A DNA stretch of 62,815 bases from Leptolyngbyaceae cyanobacterium (GCA_036703985.1 DATNQN010000123.1:1-62815), one strand, 5' to 3'; counted from the first letter of the stretch, positions 38,728 through 49,674 are shown. Program-made: numbers and translations. The notes: generated by a model from the letters alone, not told the origin.

Positions 38728-40142
38728 AATTCGATCGCAACTTTGACTTGTAAGTTGGTAAATTTGGCCGCTTTTTGGGTGGAGGCTTCGTCTAAGCGGA
38801 TGTGAACTTCTACTACTCTGGAGTCGATGTTCTCGCTGGGGTCGCTGTTGATCACGTTTTGGCGTTCGATTTGCCAGCCGATGCGATCGACTATTCCATG
38901 TATATCACCTGGTAGAGAAGTGCTTTCAATCCGCACTTTCTGTCCTGGTTCGATTTTGCTGACATCGGTTTGGTAAACTTCTGCTACTGCCATCATTTGG
39001 TTGACTTGTCCGATTTCGACGATGCCATTGTTGGAAACGGTTTCGCCAGGACGAGTATGGATTTTGAAAATTACGCCTTCTTGGGGCGCTTTTAGGTAAG
39101 TTTGGTCTAAATTCGCTTTGGCTTCTTTCGCACTTGCGATCGCTTGTCTGAGTTCCGCTTGTGCTGCGGCGACATCCACCGGGCGCACTTCGGCAATTTT
39201 GTTTAAAGTGGCTTGTGCAGAACTGGCTTGTTGGCTACCAGTGGCTTGAATTCGCGCCAAAACTGCTTTGGCTTCGTTAATCTGCTTGCTGCCGGTGGCG
39301 GTAATTCTTTCTAAGTTAGCTTTGGCTTCGCTGATTTGCTTGCTGCCGGTGGCGTCGGTTCTGGCTAAAATGGCTTTGGCTTCCGTTAGTTGTTCGGTGA
39401 GAGTTTGTACGGAAAGTCGTTTGCTGTCAAATATCGATTGTGCGATCGCACCTTCTTTGTACAATTGCTCGTAACGCCGAAATTCCGATTTGGCATTCTC
39501 CAACTCGGCTTCTAATCTTTTAATTGTGGCTTGTTGCGCCCGCTTATCTCCTTCCCATTGCGCTTCTAGTCGCGCCAACGTCGCTTGTGTAGTTGCTTTA
39601 TCCCCTAGCCATTGGGCTTCTAGTCTGGCTAAGGTTTCTCGTTGCGCCCTTTCGTCACCAAGTGATTGTGCCTGAATTCTGCCAATTTCCGCTTTTTGCG
39701 CTTCGATTTCACCTTCTTTTGCGCCAGCTTGCACTTTAGCTAGGTTTGCTTTCGCCACTTGCACGGCTTCTTGGCTTTTCTCGTAAGCGGCTTGTAAGCG
39801 ATCGCGATTATCCAAAATCGCAATTACTTGTCCTGCTTTAACGGAATCTCCCTCTTTAACTAATAGCTGCTCTACCCGACTCCCTTGACTCGATGAAGGA
39901 GGCGAAAGCTTAATCACTTCTCCCGCCGGTTCAAGTCTACCCAGCGCCGTCACCGTTGTCACCTGCGGGACAACCACCTGAGATACTTGGCTTTCTTTGG
40001 CAGAATCCGGTAGCTGTAAGTTGAGGACTCGCGAGGCTGTCATTCCAGCGATGCCCAGGCTGGCGGCGATGCCAAGTATTACAACCTGGCGGGGAATGGG
40101 CTTGAGGAAGGGAAAATCTTTAACCGTTAAGTCGCGAACCAT
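38724..40142 (-). CDS. membrane-fusion (HlyD/DevB-type) protein with repeated coiled-coil segments
   Basis: N-terminal TM. Long coiled-coil containing near-identical tandem units (TLARLEAQWLGDK...; ATGSKQI(S/N)EAKA(N/V)L(E/A)RI). C-terminal beta-barrel/lipoyl-like region. Confidence 0.75.
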   Translation of the reverse strand: MVRDLTVKDFPFLKPIPRQVVILGIAASLGIAGMTASRVLNLQLPDSAKESQVSQVVVPQVTTVTALGRLEPAGEVIKLSPPSSSQGSRVEQLLVKEGDSVKAGQVIAILDNRDRLQAAYEKSQEAVQVAKANLAKVQAGAKEGEIEAQKAEIGRIQAQSLGDERAQRETLARLEAQWLGDKATTQATLARLEAQWEGDKRAQQATIKRLEAELENAKSEFRRYEQLYKEGAIAQSIFDSKRLSVQTLTEQLTEAKAILARTDATGSKQISEAKANLERITATGSKQINEAKAVLARIQATGSQQASSAQATLNKIAEVRPVDVAAAQAELRQAIASAKEAKANLDQTYLKAPQEGVIFKIHTRPGETVSNNGIVEIGQVNQMMAVAEVYQTDVSKIEPGQKVRIESTSLPGDIHGIVDRIGWQIERQNVINSDPSENIDSRVVEVHIRLDEASTQKAAKFTNLQVKVAIEL

Positions 40143-40166
40143 AAGCTTTCCTCTGGGTGAAGAATG

Positions 40167-40189
40167 GTAAACTAAACGATTTAGTTTAC
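40167..40189. promoter_or_regulatory. perfect 10-3-10 palindrome GTAAACTAAACGATTTAGTTTAC in the devB-like/tetR divergent promoter (candidate TetR operator)
   Basis: Read directly. 25 bp upstream of the membrane-fusion gene start and ~200 bp upstream of the TetR gene. Confidence 0.45.
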
Positions 40190-40385
40190 TAAATACTAAA
40201 CTAGACTGTGTAGTATGGAAATGTCAAGGGGGGAGGGAAAGAAGGATGAAGTGTGAAGTCAGAATTCAGGAGTCAGAAGTTAGAGTTAACAAATTTCCTC
40301 TTTCTCCCTGCCCCCCGCTCCCCTGCTCCCCATCTACCCACCTTGCAAAATGGGCGAAACATTTAATGTAGTTATGGGATAGGCT

Positions 40386-41255
40386 ATGAAAGCTGGAGTA
40401 AAAAATATAATGAAGAAGGCAGATAGCGATCGCGCGGGACGTTCACAATCAACAGATAAAGTCGAAGCCATCTTACAAGGGGCGATGCAAGAATTCCTGG
40501 CGCATGGCTATGCTGCTACCACGATGGACAAGGTAACTGCGGCGGCTGGAGTATCGAAAACCACGGTTTACAGTTACTTTCAAGATAAAGAAAGCTTATT
40601 TGCCGCCTTAGTTGAAAGATTAGTAGACGATCATTGTCAAGCAGCATTAAATCCCGAAGACGCGCAATCCTGGGAAGGAGAAACTAGTGAAGTTTTGCAA
40701 CGTTTCGGGGTAAACTTTTTGGAAAATGTCAAAAGTAAAGAGCAATTGCGAGATTTAGTTAGATTAATTATTGCTGAATCCGGACGTTTTCCCGTGCTAG
40801 CACAAATTTTCGTGCGGAAAGTCGATAAAAAGGTTTTTCAGCTTTTAGTCAAATACTTTGTATCCAATCAAGAATTACAACTTCCCGATCCTGAAGCAGC
40901 AGCGAGAGTATTTCTCGGTTCTTTAGTGCATTTCGTAATCGTGCAAGATATGTTGCACGCTAAAGATATCATGCCGATGGAAAGCGATCGCTTAATTAAC
41001 ATTTTAGTTTACTTATTAACAGCCAATCTAAGAGAAAAATCAGACGATCGATATTCCGGTACGAGACAAAAATCATCTCGCCGCAAGCGTTCCCCCTCCG
41101 GTAAATTTGAACCAGACTATCAAAGCGAACCAAAACGCTTGAGGTCGATTCGCCTAACTGACACAGCATGGGAAAAACTAGCAGAAATTGCCAAAGAAAA
41201 CGAACTAACTCGTAGCGAATTAATTGAAAACTTGGCTAGACAAGAAGAAATATGA
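40386..41255 (+). CDS. TetR/AcrR-family transcriptional regulator with C-terminal basic extension
   Basis: HTH block TTMDKVTAAAGVSKTTVYSYFQDKESLF. 289 aa with an Arg/Lys-rich tail. Confidence 0.8.
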   Translation: MKAGVKNIMKKADSDRAGRSQSTDKVEAILQGAMQEFLAHGYAATTMDKVTAAAGVSKTTVYSYFQDKESLFAALVERLVDDHCQAALNPEDAQSWEGETSEVLQRFGVNFLENVKSKEQLRDLVRLIIAESGRFPVLAQIFVRKVDKKVFQLLVKYFVSNQELQLPDPEAAARVFLGSLVHFVIVQDMLHAKDIMPMESDRLINILVYLLTANLREKSDDRYSGTRQKSSRRKRSPSGKFEPDYQSEPKRLRSIRLTDTAWEKLAEIAKENELTRSELIENLARQEEI

Positions 41256-41300
41256 TGAAGGGAAAGGGCAAAGTAGCAACATCAATTCAAAATCCATATT

Positions 41301-41450
41301 CATCTGCGTGCATCTGCGTGTATCTGCTTTCATCTGCGGTTTAAAATCAAAAATAAACTACAGGTATCAAAAATAGATCCGTGTAACAAATCCAGAAAAC
41401 TGAACAGCAACATCTGTGTTCATCTGTGTTCATCTGTGGACATCTGTGGT
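41301..41450. repeat. composite STRR element: (CATCTGCGTG)x4 ... 70 bp ... (CATCTGTGTT/GA)x4 GGTAAAAAAA
   Basis: Direct reading. Same bipartite organisation as the 8770-8936 element. Confidence 0.7.
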
Positions 41451-41538
41451 AAAAAAAGCCCTCACCAAAGATTTTCGGCTCCCAAAAAAGATTATAATAA
41501 TAACCTTCATCAATAAAATATAGTAAGAATTCCTACTC

Positions 41539-44500
41539 ATGAATTCCCAAGAAAATCGCTGGCAATTCTGGATCGATCGCGGTGGTACATTTACTGATAT
41601 TGTGGCGCGTCGTCCTGACGGACGGCTAGTAATTCATAAGCTGTTGTCAGAAAACCCCGAACGCTACCCAGATGCGCCAGTGCAAGGAATTCGGGACATT
41701 TTGGGAGTTTCTGCCGATGCACCCATTCCATCTGACCAAATTGAAGTGGTTAAAATGGGTACGACGGTGGCGACAAATGCCTTATTGGAAAGAAAAGGCG
41801 ATCGCACTGTATTACTAATCACCAAAGGTTTTCGGGACGCCCTTCGCATTGGTTATCAAAACCGCCCGGATATCTTCGCCCGTCATATTGTACTGCCAGA
41901 AATGCTGTACGAGCAAGCGATCGAAGTAGAAGAACGCTACAGCGCCGATGGCAAACAATTAATGCGAGTGCAAACCGGATATATTTCTGCTTTACAAAAA
42001 GCTTATTATGAAGGAATTCGTAGCTGTGCGATCGTCTTTATGCACGGTTATCGTTATCCAGAACACGAAGAACAAGTAGCAGATATTGCCAAAAGAATTG
42101 GCTTTTCTCAAATATCGGTTTCGCACGAAGTAAGCCCGTCGATGAAACTTGTCAGTCGCGGCGATACCACTGTCGTTGATGCTTATTTATCTCCTATTTT
42201 GCGGCGATATGTTAATCAAGTAAGCAGTCAATTAGGTGATACCAAATTGATGTTTATGCAGTCAAATGGCGGACTGGCAGATGCTAAAACATTTCAAGGA
42301 AAAGATAGCATTTTATCCGGCCCTGCGGGGGGAATTGTTGGTGCAGTGCAAACTAGTTTAATGGCAGGTTTCGATAAAATTATTACTTTTGATATGGGTG
42401 GAACTTCCACCGATGTTGCCCATTACAATGGCGAATACGAACGCACATTGGAAACAGAAGTGGCGGGGGTGCGACTGCGGACGCCGATGATGGCTATTCA
42501 TACGGTGGCGGCTGGTGGTGGTTCGATTATATACTTTGACGGTGCGAGGTATCGCGTAGGGCCAGAATCGGCGGGAGCTAACCCCGGCCCTGCTTGTTAT
42601 CGCAAGGGTGGCCCTTTAACGGTGACGGATTGCAACGTGATGGTGGGTAAGTTGCAACCGGAGTTTTTCCCCAAGGTGTTTGGCGAAAATGGCGATTTGC
42701 CTTTGGATGGGGAGGTTGTGCGGCAGAAGTTTGGGGAATTGGTAGGGGAAATCGGGGGTGATGTAAAAGCGGAAGAAGTGGCGGCTGGTTTTTTGGCGAT
42801 CGCAGTTGATAAAATGGCCAACGCGATTAAAAAGATTTCCCTTCAGCGCGGATATGATGTTTCAGAATATACTTTGTGTTGCTTCGGTGGTGCAGGAGGA
42901 CAACACGCTTGTCTGATTGCCGATGCTTTGGGAATGAAGCAGGTGTTTCTCCATCCTTACGCAGGGGTGTTATCCGCTTATGGTATGGGATTGGCGGATG
43001 TGCGCGTGATTCGGGAAAAGGCAGTTGAGGCAAGGTTGAGTGAGGATTTGTTGTCATCGTTGGAGGAAATGTTGGCGCAGTTGGTGAGGGAGGGAGAGGA
43101 AGAATTAAACCGCAGAGGCGCAGAGGACGCAGAGAGAAAAGAGAAGAAGATAGAGATTTTTCGTAAGGTGCATTTGCGATATGAGGGAACTGATTCGGCG
43201 CTGATTATTGATTTTAGTAATATGGCGGCAATGGGGCGGGATTTTGAAAAGGCGCATCGTCAACGTTATGGTTTCATCGCATCAGAAAAGGCGTTAATTG
43301 TTGAGGCGGTTTCGGTTGAAGTGGTGGGTAAAAATGATGTGCCGGAAGAATCTATAATTGAGCGAAAAACAAATGATTCTGCTTCGCCAGTAGCAGTGGT
43401 GCAAATGTATGCGGCGGGTGATTGGCGGGAAACTCCTGTTTATCATCGGGATGATTTGCAACCGGGAGATATTATTGTTGGGCCCGCAATTATTATAGAG
43501 CAAACTGGTACGAATGCGATCGAACCAAATTGGCAAGCCGAATTAACGAATCGAAATCACTTAATTTTATCTAAATTTGATAACGAAGGAGGACTAAAGT
43601 CCTCACTACAAACGGTTCGTAGTAAGGACTTTAGTCCTTTGAATCTAAAATCGCCAGATCCGGTGATGTTGGAAATTTTCAATAATTTGTTTCGCGCCAT
43701 TGCCGAACAAATGGGTATCACTCTCCAAAATACTTCATCATCCGTGAATATCAAAGAACGGCTAGATTTTTCTTGTGCAATCTTTGATGGAAATGCACAA
43801 CTCGTGGCAAATGCGCCTCACATTCCCGTCCATTTAGGTTCGATGAATGAAAGCGTAAAAAGCTTAATAAACGCCTGGGGAAATAATATCAAATCAGGTG
43901 ATGTTTATATTTTGAATAATCCCTACAACGGTGGCACTCACTTACCTGATATCACCGTCATTACTCCGGTTTTTCCTCTTTCAACTTCTCACTCTTCCTT
44001 ATCCCCACTTTTCTATGTTGCTTCGCGAGGACATCATGCTGACATCGGTGGAATCACTCCCGGTTCAATGCCTCCTAATAGTAAAACTGTGGAAGAAGAA
44101 GGTATATTAATTGATAATTTCCAATTAGTAGAACAAGGTGATTTTCGAGAAAAAGAATTACTAGAACTTCTCAGTTCAGGCAATTACCCAGTGAGAAATC
44201 CTGCCCAAAATATCGCTGATTTGCAAGCGCAAATTGCTGCCAATGAAAGAGGTGTGCAAGAACTTGCCAAAATGGTTGAACATTACGGTTTAGAAATCGT
44301 GCAAGCTTATATGCAGTTTGTGCAAGATAACGCGGAAGAGTCGGTGCGTCGTGCCATTGAAGTTTTGCAAGATGGTAGTTTTACCTGTCCTTTGGATAAT
44401 GGTAGTCAGATTCAGGTGAAAATTGCGATCGACAAAACCAACCGCAGCGCTAAAATTGATTTTACAGGTACTTCCCCTCAACTCGATAGTAATTTTAATG

Positions 44501-45195
44501 CTCCATCAGCAGTCTGCAAAGCCGCCGTTTTATACGTTTTTCGCACATTAGTAAATGATGATATTCCTCTGAATGCTGGTTGTCTGAAACCACTGGAAAT
44601 TATTATTCCGGAAGGATGTATGTTAAATCCTCAATATCCGGCTGCTGTAGTAGCGGGAAATGTGGAAACTTCCCAAGCAATTACTGATGCTTTGTATGGT
44701 GCTTTGGGAGTAATGGCAGCTTCTCAAGGAACGATGAATAATTTCACGTTTGGTAATGAGAAATATCAATATTATGAAACAATTTGCGGCGGTTCTGGTG
44801 CGGGTGCTGGTTTTGATGGCACTGATGCAGTTCACACCCACATGACCAATTCCAGATTAACCGATCCGGAAGTTTTAGAATGGCGTTTTCCGGTACTTTT
44901 GGAAAGTTTTTCGATTCGCCCGAATAGTGGTGGAAATGGGCAATATCGGGGCGGAAATGGCGTAATTCGCCGCCTTCGTTTTCTGGAAAACATGACGGCG
45001 GGAATTTTATCCGGGCGTCGAGTTGTGGCACCTTTTGGATTAAATGGTGCTGAGTCTGGCGCGGTTGGTAAAAATTACGTGCAGCGCAAAGATGGCACGG
45101 TGAAAGAGTTGGGGAGTACTGGTGTGGTGGAAATGAATATTGGGGATGTGTTTGCGATCGAAACTCCTGGCGGTGGTGGGTATAATCAATTGTGA
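41539..45195 (+). CDS. 5-oxoprolinase / hydantoinase (fused HyuA-HyuB, ATP-dependent)
   Basis: 1218 aa. N-terminal hydantoinase-A region (DRGGTFTD...). C-terminal hydantoinase-B region. Fused architecture typical of 5-oxoprolinase. Confidence 0.85.
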   Translation: MNSQENRWQFWIDRGGTFTDIVARRPDGRLVIHKLLSENPERYPDAPVQGIRDILGVSADAPIPSDQIEVVKMGTTVATNALLERKGDRTVLLITKGFRDALRIGYQNRPDIFARHIVLPEMLYEQAIEVEERYSADGKQLMRVQTGYISALQKAYYEGIRSCAIVFMHGYRYPEHEEQVADIAKRIGFSQISVSHEVSPSMKLVSRGDTTVVDAYLSPILRRYVNQVSSQLGDTKLMFMQSNGGLADAKTFQGKDSILSGPAGGIVGAVQTSLMAGFDKIITFDMGGTSTDVAHYNGEYERTLETEVAGVRLRTPMMAIHTVAAGGGSIIYFDGARYRVGPESAGANPGPACYRKGGPLTVTDCNVMVGKLQPEFFPKVFGENGDLPLDGEVVRQKFGELVGEIGGDVKAEEVAAGFLAIAVDKMANAIKKISLQRGYDVSEYTLCCFGGAGGQHACLIADALGMKQVFLHPYAGVLSAYGMGLADVRVIREKAVEARLSEDLLSSLEEMLAQLVREGEEELNRRGAEDAERKEKKIEIFRKVHLRYEGTDSALIIDFSNMAAMGRDFEKAHRQRYGFIASEKALIVEAVSVEVVGKNDVPEESIIERKTNDSASPVAVVQMYAAGDWRETPVYHRDDLQPGDIIVGPAIIIEQTGTNAIEPNWQAELTNRNHLILSKFDNEGGLKSSLQTVRSKDFSPLNLKSPDPVMLEIFNNLFRAIAEQMGITLQNTSSSVNIKERLDFSCAIFDGNAQLVANAPHIPVHLGSMNESVKSLINAWGNNIKSGDVYILNNPYNGGTHLPDITVITPVFPLSTSHSSLSPLFYVASRGHHADIGGITPGSMPPNSKTVEEEGILIDNFQLVEQGDFREKELLELLSSGNYPVRNPAQNIADLQAQIAANERGVQELAKMVEHYGLEIVQAYMQFVQDNAEESVRRAIEVLQDGSFTCPLDNGSQIQVKIAIDKTNRSAKIDFTGTSPQLDSNFNAPSAVCKAAVLYVFRTLVNDDIPLNAGCLKPLEIIIPEGCMLNPQYPAAVVAGNVETSQAITDALYGALGVMAASQGTMNNFTFGNEKYQYYETICGGSGAGAGFDGTDAVHTHMTNSRLTDPEVLEWRFPVLLESFSIRPNSGGNGQYRGGNGVIRRLRFLENMTAGILSGRRVVAPFGLNGAESGAVGKNYVQRKDGTVKELGSTGVVEMNIGDVFAIETPGGGGYNQL

Positions 45196-45319
45196 TAATT
45201 GAATAATGCCAAATTAAACCTGTGTTAAATTATTTTTAGTAGTAAGTAAGGAGAAGTGATGACTACCAGTTCCTTCTTTGATGAATCGAAAGAACAATCT
45301 TTAGTTAAAGCTACTATAG

Positions 45320-45616
45320 TTGCTAAATACTTTTGGGCTTGGGCCTCATGCTAGAAAGCGGAATGTTGAACCAATCCCCCATGTCGGACAAGAGTTTTTG
45401 ATGGAAATATTTGACGGTAAATGTGCCTACTGTCTTCAGGTTGCTAATAGTTGGGATCACATTGTTCCTATCTCTCAAGGAGGTAGAACTACGCCAGGAA
45501 ATATAGTACCTGCCTGTAATAAGTGCAATAGTTCCAAAAACAATCAAGATGTTTTTGAATGGATGAATAAAAAAGGTAAGGTATTACGCCTCATCCTGAG
45601 TTTTGGGAAAGAATAA
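45320..45616 (+). CDS. HNH endonuclease
   Basis: CAYCLQ...WDHIVPISQGGRTTPGNIVPACNKCNSSK equals the HNH motif with a Zn-binding Cys pair. The ORF begins at TTG right after an in-frame stop. A 30-codon ATG ORF (45259-45351) overlaps in another frame. Confidence 0.6.
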   Translation: MLNTFGLGPHARKRNVEPIPHVGQEFLMEIFDGKCAYCLQVANSWDHIVPISQGGRTTPGNIVPACNKCNSSKNNQDVFEWMNKKGKVLRLILSFGKE

Positions 45617-46048
45617 TTCTTGCTGAATGTGGGCTTTATGGTTAGACTGGTTCTATCAGTCCACTCTATACCAGTATTTGTGCTAGCCATATGCAGACTT
45701 TACCATTAAAACAGCAGATTTTCTTTTTAAGGCCACTATGAATTAGCAATACATTTGTACTACCTATCTACAGTATCGCTTAAAATATACAAAATTACAA
45801 CCAATTTTTCAGGAATACTTAATTAGGCATAAAAAATCCAAAATTAAATGAAAAAGTGTGAATAAATAATATAAAGATAGCACTTAATTTTATCAAGGTT
45901 GATTTATTTGATTTACTAACTTAGCATATAATATTTATCTATATTACTACTAATAATTAATTTTATAACCCCTTGATAATCAGATTATATACAAACAGTC
46001 TTAAAACTAAATTTAATCGTTTAATTTAAAGAACACTAATATAATTAA

Positions 46049-46085
46049 AACTGCGAACTTTCTCTAAAAGAATTGTTTCGCAGTT
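46049..46085 (-). terminator. stem-loop AACTGCGAA...TTCGCAGTT followed by a T-run on the minus strand, 3' of the pentapeptide-repeat gene
   Basis: 9-bp stem read directly, 50 bp downstream of the stop of the 46138-47133 gene. Confidence 0.4.
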
Positions 46086-46137
46086 CCCTAAAAAGAACGA
46101 TCGCACTAAAAATCGCTCTACTCATTACCGACTAAAT

Positions 46138-47133
46138 TTACTCGTGACGGCTGCCATCAGGCATCGTAGCTCCGGTTAGAATAGCTTCTGGCCAGTATGC
46201 TTCTTCTCGCTTGAGATACGCTCCTCTCAAGCTAGCTCCCGTCAAATCAGCCCCTCGTAGTTGCGCCACGTTAAAATTAGCGCCCCACAAATAAGCGCCC
46301 CGCAAACTGGCATTGCTCAGATTGACATCGCTGAGATTTGCCATATTTAAATTAGCGCCAGTCAAATCTGCATCGCTCAGATTAGCTTCGCTTAAATCTG
46401 CTTTACTCAAATTAGCTTCGCACAAATCAGCTTTTGTAATCGTTGCACAAGTTAAATTAGCTGCATGGAGATTTGCTCTTGCTAATAGCGATACCCGCAA
46501 TTGTGCAGAAGTAAAGTTAGTAGCGCACAAATTAGAACCGCTTAAGTTGGCTCCGCTCAGTTTAGCCTCGCTTAAATTTACTCCATCTAAATCTATGCGG
46601 TTCAAATCTACACCATTCATAAAAGCTTTACTTAGTTTTACTCCATTTAAAGAAGCTCCCCGCAATAAAGCACCGCTTAATCTGGCACCAGTTAAATTAG
46701 ACCAATTCAGATTAGCATTTACCAAGTTAGCAGAGCGCAAATTAATTCCCCGTAAATCTGCACCGCACAGGTTAACACCCTCTAAGTTAGCCAAACGCAA
46801 ATTGACGCCCAGTAGTATGGCTCCAGCTAATCGCGTACCGACTAGCACCGATTTGACAAAATAAGCTCCTTGCAGGTTAGCTTTTGTTAAATCTGCGTCT
46901 GAAAGGTTTGCTTCATTAACTTTAGCAAAACTTAAATTCGTGCGATGTAAAAAAGCTCCGATGAAAATCGCTCCTGTTAGGTGAGTGCGGCTCAGATTGG
47001 CTGCTGCTAGGTAGGCGTCAGAAAAGTTAGCGCCTTCTAAGTTGGCATTTTCTAGATTAGCTCCGATCAGGTTGACGCCCCGAAAATCTCTTTCTCCTGC
47101 CGCATAACGTTTTAGTAATTCATTGGCATCCAT
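46138..47133 (-). CDS. pentapeptide-repeat protein (331 aa)
   Basis: Continuous A(N/D)LxxA(N/D)L repeats. N-terminal ELLKRYAAGERDF motif. C-terminal GATMPDGS(R/L)HE. Confidence 0.85.
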   Translation of the reverse strand: MDANELLKRYAAGERDFRGVNLIGANLENANLEGANFSDAYLAAANLSRTHLTGAIFIGAFLHRTNLSFAKVNEANLSDADLTKANLQGAYFVKSVLVGTRLAGAILLGVNLRLANLEGVNLCGADLRGINLRSANLVNANLNWSNLTGARLSGALLRGASLNGVKLSKAFMNGVDLNRIDLDGVNLSEAKLSGANLSGSNLCATNFTSAQLRVSLLARANLHAANLTCATITKADLCEANLSKADLSEANLSDADLTGANLNMANLSDVNLSNASLRGAYLWGANFNVAQLRGADLTGASLRGAYLKREEAYWPEAILTGATMPDGSRHE

Positions 47134-47516
47134 AAGTTAGCCCTCAGCACGGCTCATTTAAGCCTGTCTAATTCTAGATTGCCCTAATAAATCCGCAAAA
47201 TTCATTAATTTTTCTTGCTATTTAATACAGTTGATTGTCACTGATGAAGTAAATCTATCTTGATGTTTTGGCATAAATACTTATGGGGCTACCATTAATC
47301 GAACAGGACGCTTAGGGAATGGAAGAATTCTTACCGCTCTCAACCTCGGCAAACAAGAGCAGAAACCTCACATAGCAAGGCTTTGCTAGCAAAATACATC
47401 CCGAAAAAACACCAGAAATAAATCTTGGCGTTACTTTGCAGTTAAATTCTCGCTACAATCAAACTTCAAAATGCGATCATGTTGATTCAACACGAGCTTG
47501 CGCGAAAAGGTTGGAT

Positions 47517-48245
47517 ATGGAATTGCAAGATTTTCTGGCTTTAATTCACCCCGCTCTAGCAGTTACAGTAGTTTTCCCCTGCCTTGGTATGGTAGTCAAT
47601 CTTGCATGGCATACGCGCCAGCGCCGATTATTGCCAAACGCAAATAAAAATAAAAGCATTTTGCCTTTGCCAAATCCCGGTTTAGCGCATCTCGAACTAG
47701 GACGTTGGTTGACAGGTTTAGTTGTCACCGTTACTTTAATCGGGCTAGCTTATCCAATTTTCGACCATATTATCACTAAACAAGTGTGGAAGACCGCCCC
47801 TTTGAAATCTGCCTCGATCTCGCTGATATTTATGGACACCCTCGCCTGTTTACTATTGCTTTATCGCTCGGAAAAGAAACTATGGCGGGCGATTTTTGCG
47901 ATTTTAACCGGCACTGGTTTGGTCGTTCTCGGTTGTCAGGATGGCGTTTTTCGGCGGACTAATGAATGGTATTGGTCTCACTATTACATCGGGATCGCCG
48001 CTACCTTACTGATGATTTTTTCTTTGTCGATCGCACAAGATATTTATCGGGATAAATCGAATCGCTGGCGCATTTTTCACGTGATTCTAAACATTTTTGC
48101 AGTTTTACTATTTGTCGGACAAGGCTTCACAGGTACGCGGGATTTATTAGAAATTCCTTTAAGCTGGCAAGAAAAATATATTTATACCTGCGATTTTATT
48201 ACCAAAGTTTTCCCGACCTCAGCGATAACACTGCCGTTCACATAG
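47517..48245 (+). CDS. DUF4079-like multi-TM membrane protein
   Basis: ~6 TM helices. Start taken at the internal Met (MELQDFLALIHPALAVTVV); the longer ORF from 47436 lacks a plausible N-terminus. Confidence 0.45.
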   Translation: MELQDFLALIHPALAVTVVFPCLGMVVNLAWHTRQRRLLPNANKNKSILPLPNPGLAHLELGRWLTGLVVTVTLIGLAYPIFDHIITKQVWKTAPLKSASISLIFMDTLACLLLLYRSEKKLWRAIFAILTGTGLVVLGCQDGVFRRTNEWYWSHYYIGIAATLLMIFSLSIAQDIYRDKSNRWRIFHVILNIFAVLLFVGQGFTGTRDLLEIPLSWQEKYIYTCDFITKVFPTSAITLPFT

Positions 48246-48329
48246 ATATGCTGAAACAGCAGATTAATCTCTCAAATGCAGTATTCCCTTTCCCAGTCAG
48301 ATTTGTAGCAACACCAAGCGTAATTCATA

Positions 48330-49319
48330 TTACTCGTGGAGAGAGCCATCTGGCATCGTAGCACCGCTTAAGATTGCCTGCTGACAATCGACTCCTTCCA
48401 TATATGCTCCGCGCAGACTAGCACCGCTCATATCGCAACCCCGCAAGTAGGCAGAATTCAGGTTAGCACCCCACAAATAAGCATTCCGGAGACTAGCATT
48501 AGTTAAGTCTGCTTCGCACAATCTAGCTACGTTCAGATTAGCTCCAGTTAAGTCTGCTTCGCTTAAATCAGCTAATGATAAATCTGCCTTACTGAGATCC
48601 GCTTCGCACAAGTCTGCTTTAAATAGTACGGCTTTATTCAGATTGGCTGCATGGAGATTCGATCGCGATAGAATAGAAACTCTTAATTGAGCATTACTCA
48701 AATTGCTAGCAGAAAGATTAGCGCCGCTCAAATTAGCGCCGCTCAGCTTGGCATCGCTTAAGTTTACCCCATCCAAATCAACGTTGTTGAAATCTACTCC
48801 ATTTAACAAAGCACCGCTGAAAGTCACGCCATTTAGTAATGCTCCTCGAAGTAACGCACCACTCAATCTCGCCCCGCTCAAATTAGCCCAACTTAGATTA
48901 GCATTCATTAAGTTGGCAGAACGCAAATTAATTCCTCGTAAATCCGCTCCACAAAGGTTAACTCCTTGTAAATTAGCTAAATGTAAATTCACCGATGTGA
49001 GAATTGCTCCGCTCAACTTTGTCCCTACCAAGATTGATTTAGCGAAGTAAGCTCCTTGTAAGTTCGCTTTTGTCAAATCTGCTTCTGTTAGTCTTGCTTC
49101 GTTCACTTTGGCATAGCTTAAATTTACTCGATGCAAAAAAGCACCAGTGAAATTAGTACCCGTCAGCCAAGTTCTACTGAGATTTGCAGTCGCCAAGAAA
49201 GCTTCTGAAAAATTTGCCCCTACTAAGTTTGCTCTTTCTAGATCGACTCCAATCAAGTTCGCTCCTCGAAAATCTCTTTCTCCCGCAGCATAACGTTTGA
49301 GCAGTTCATCGGTATCCAT
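48330..49319 (-). CDS. pentapeptide-repeat protein (329 aa), paralog of 46138-47133
   Basis: Collinear with the 46138-47133 protein over the whole length, including the identical N-terminal ELLKRYAAGERDFRG and C-terminal SGATMPDGSLHE. Confidence 0.85.
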   Translation of the reverse strand: MDTDELLKRYAAGERDFRGANLIGVDLERANLVGANFSEAFLATANLSRTWLTGTNFTGAFLHRVNLSYAKVNEARLTEADLTKANLQGAYFAKSILVGTKLSGAILTSVNLHLANLQGVNLCGADLRGINLRSANLMNANLSWANLSGARLSGALLRGALLNGVTFSGALLNGVDFNNVDLDGVNLSDAKLSGANLSGANLSASNLSNAQLRVSILSRSNLHAANLNKAVLFKADLCEADLSKADLSLADLSEADLTGANLNVARLCEADLTNASLRNAYLWGANLNSAYLRGCDMSGASLRGAYMEGVDCQQAILSGATMPDGSLHE

Positions 49320-49674
49320 TTTATTAGTCTCCTTTCAAGCTGTCTCAGCCAGTTTAGTTATATCTATTAACTTTCCCAAAACCAATCTCGATTCGCTCGA
49401 TCGCAACAATATATTAGATTTTACGAATTACGTAAAGTAAAGATTAATTTAGCCTATTGCCAAAATTTATTAAATCTTATATTATATGAAACACTCTTGC
49501 TTACGAGTAATATAGTTTGTTTCCAAATCTGGCCAAATCTAACATTAGATTACAGTTAAACCATGTTCTTTTGTTTGACAAAAAAAGATATATCTCCTTT
49601 AGTATATAAAAATAGCTAGATTATTTAGAAAATTAAGATGGCTAAAAATATAAAAATTAACATAAACACAAAAA

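Noticed and set aside
40167-40189. Possible NtcA site (GTA...TAC) in the devB-like promoter
   Set aside because: The spacing is GTA-N17-TAC rather than the GTA-N8-TAC consensus. The motif is better explained as a TetR operator palindrome.
46313-46864. 183-aa plus-strand ORF (and the similar 48703-49050 and 25641-26324 ORFs) rich in LAPxKLA repeats
   Set aside because: These are alternate-frame/antisense translations of the pentapeptide-repeat genes. The periodic 15-nt DNA repeat keeps every frame open, and the products are low-complexity mirror images of the real proteins.
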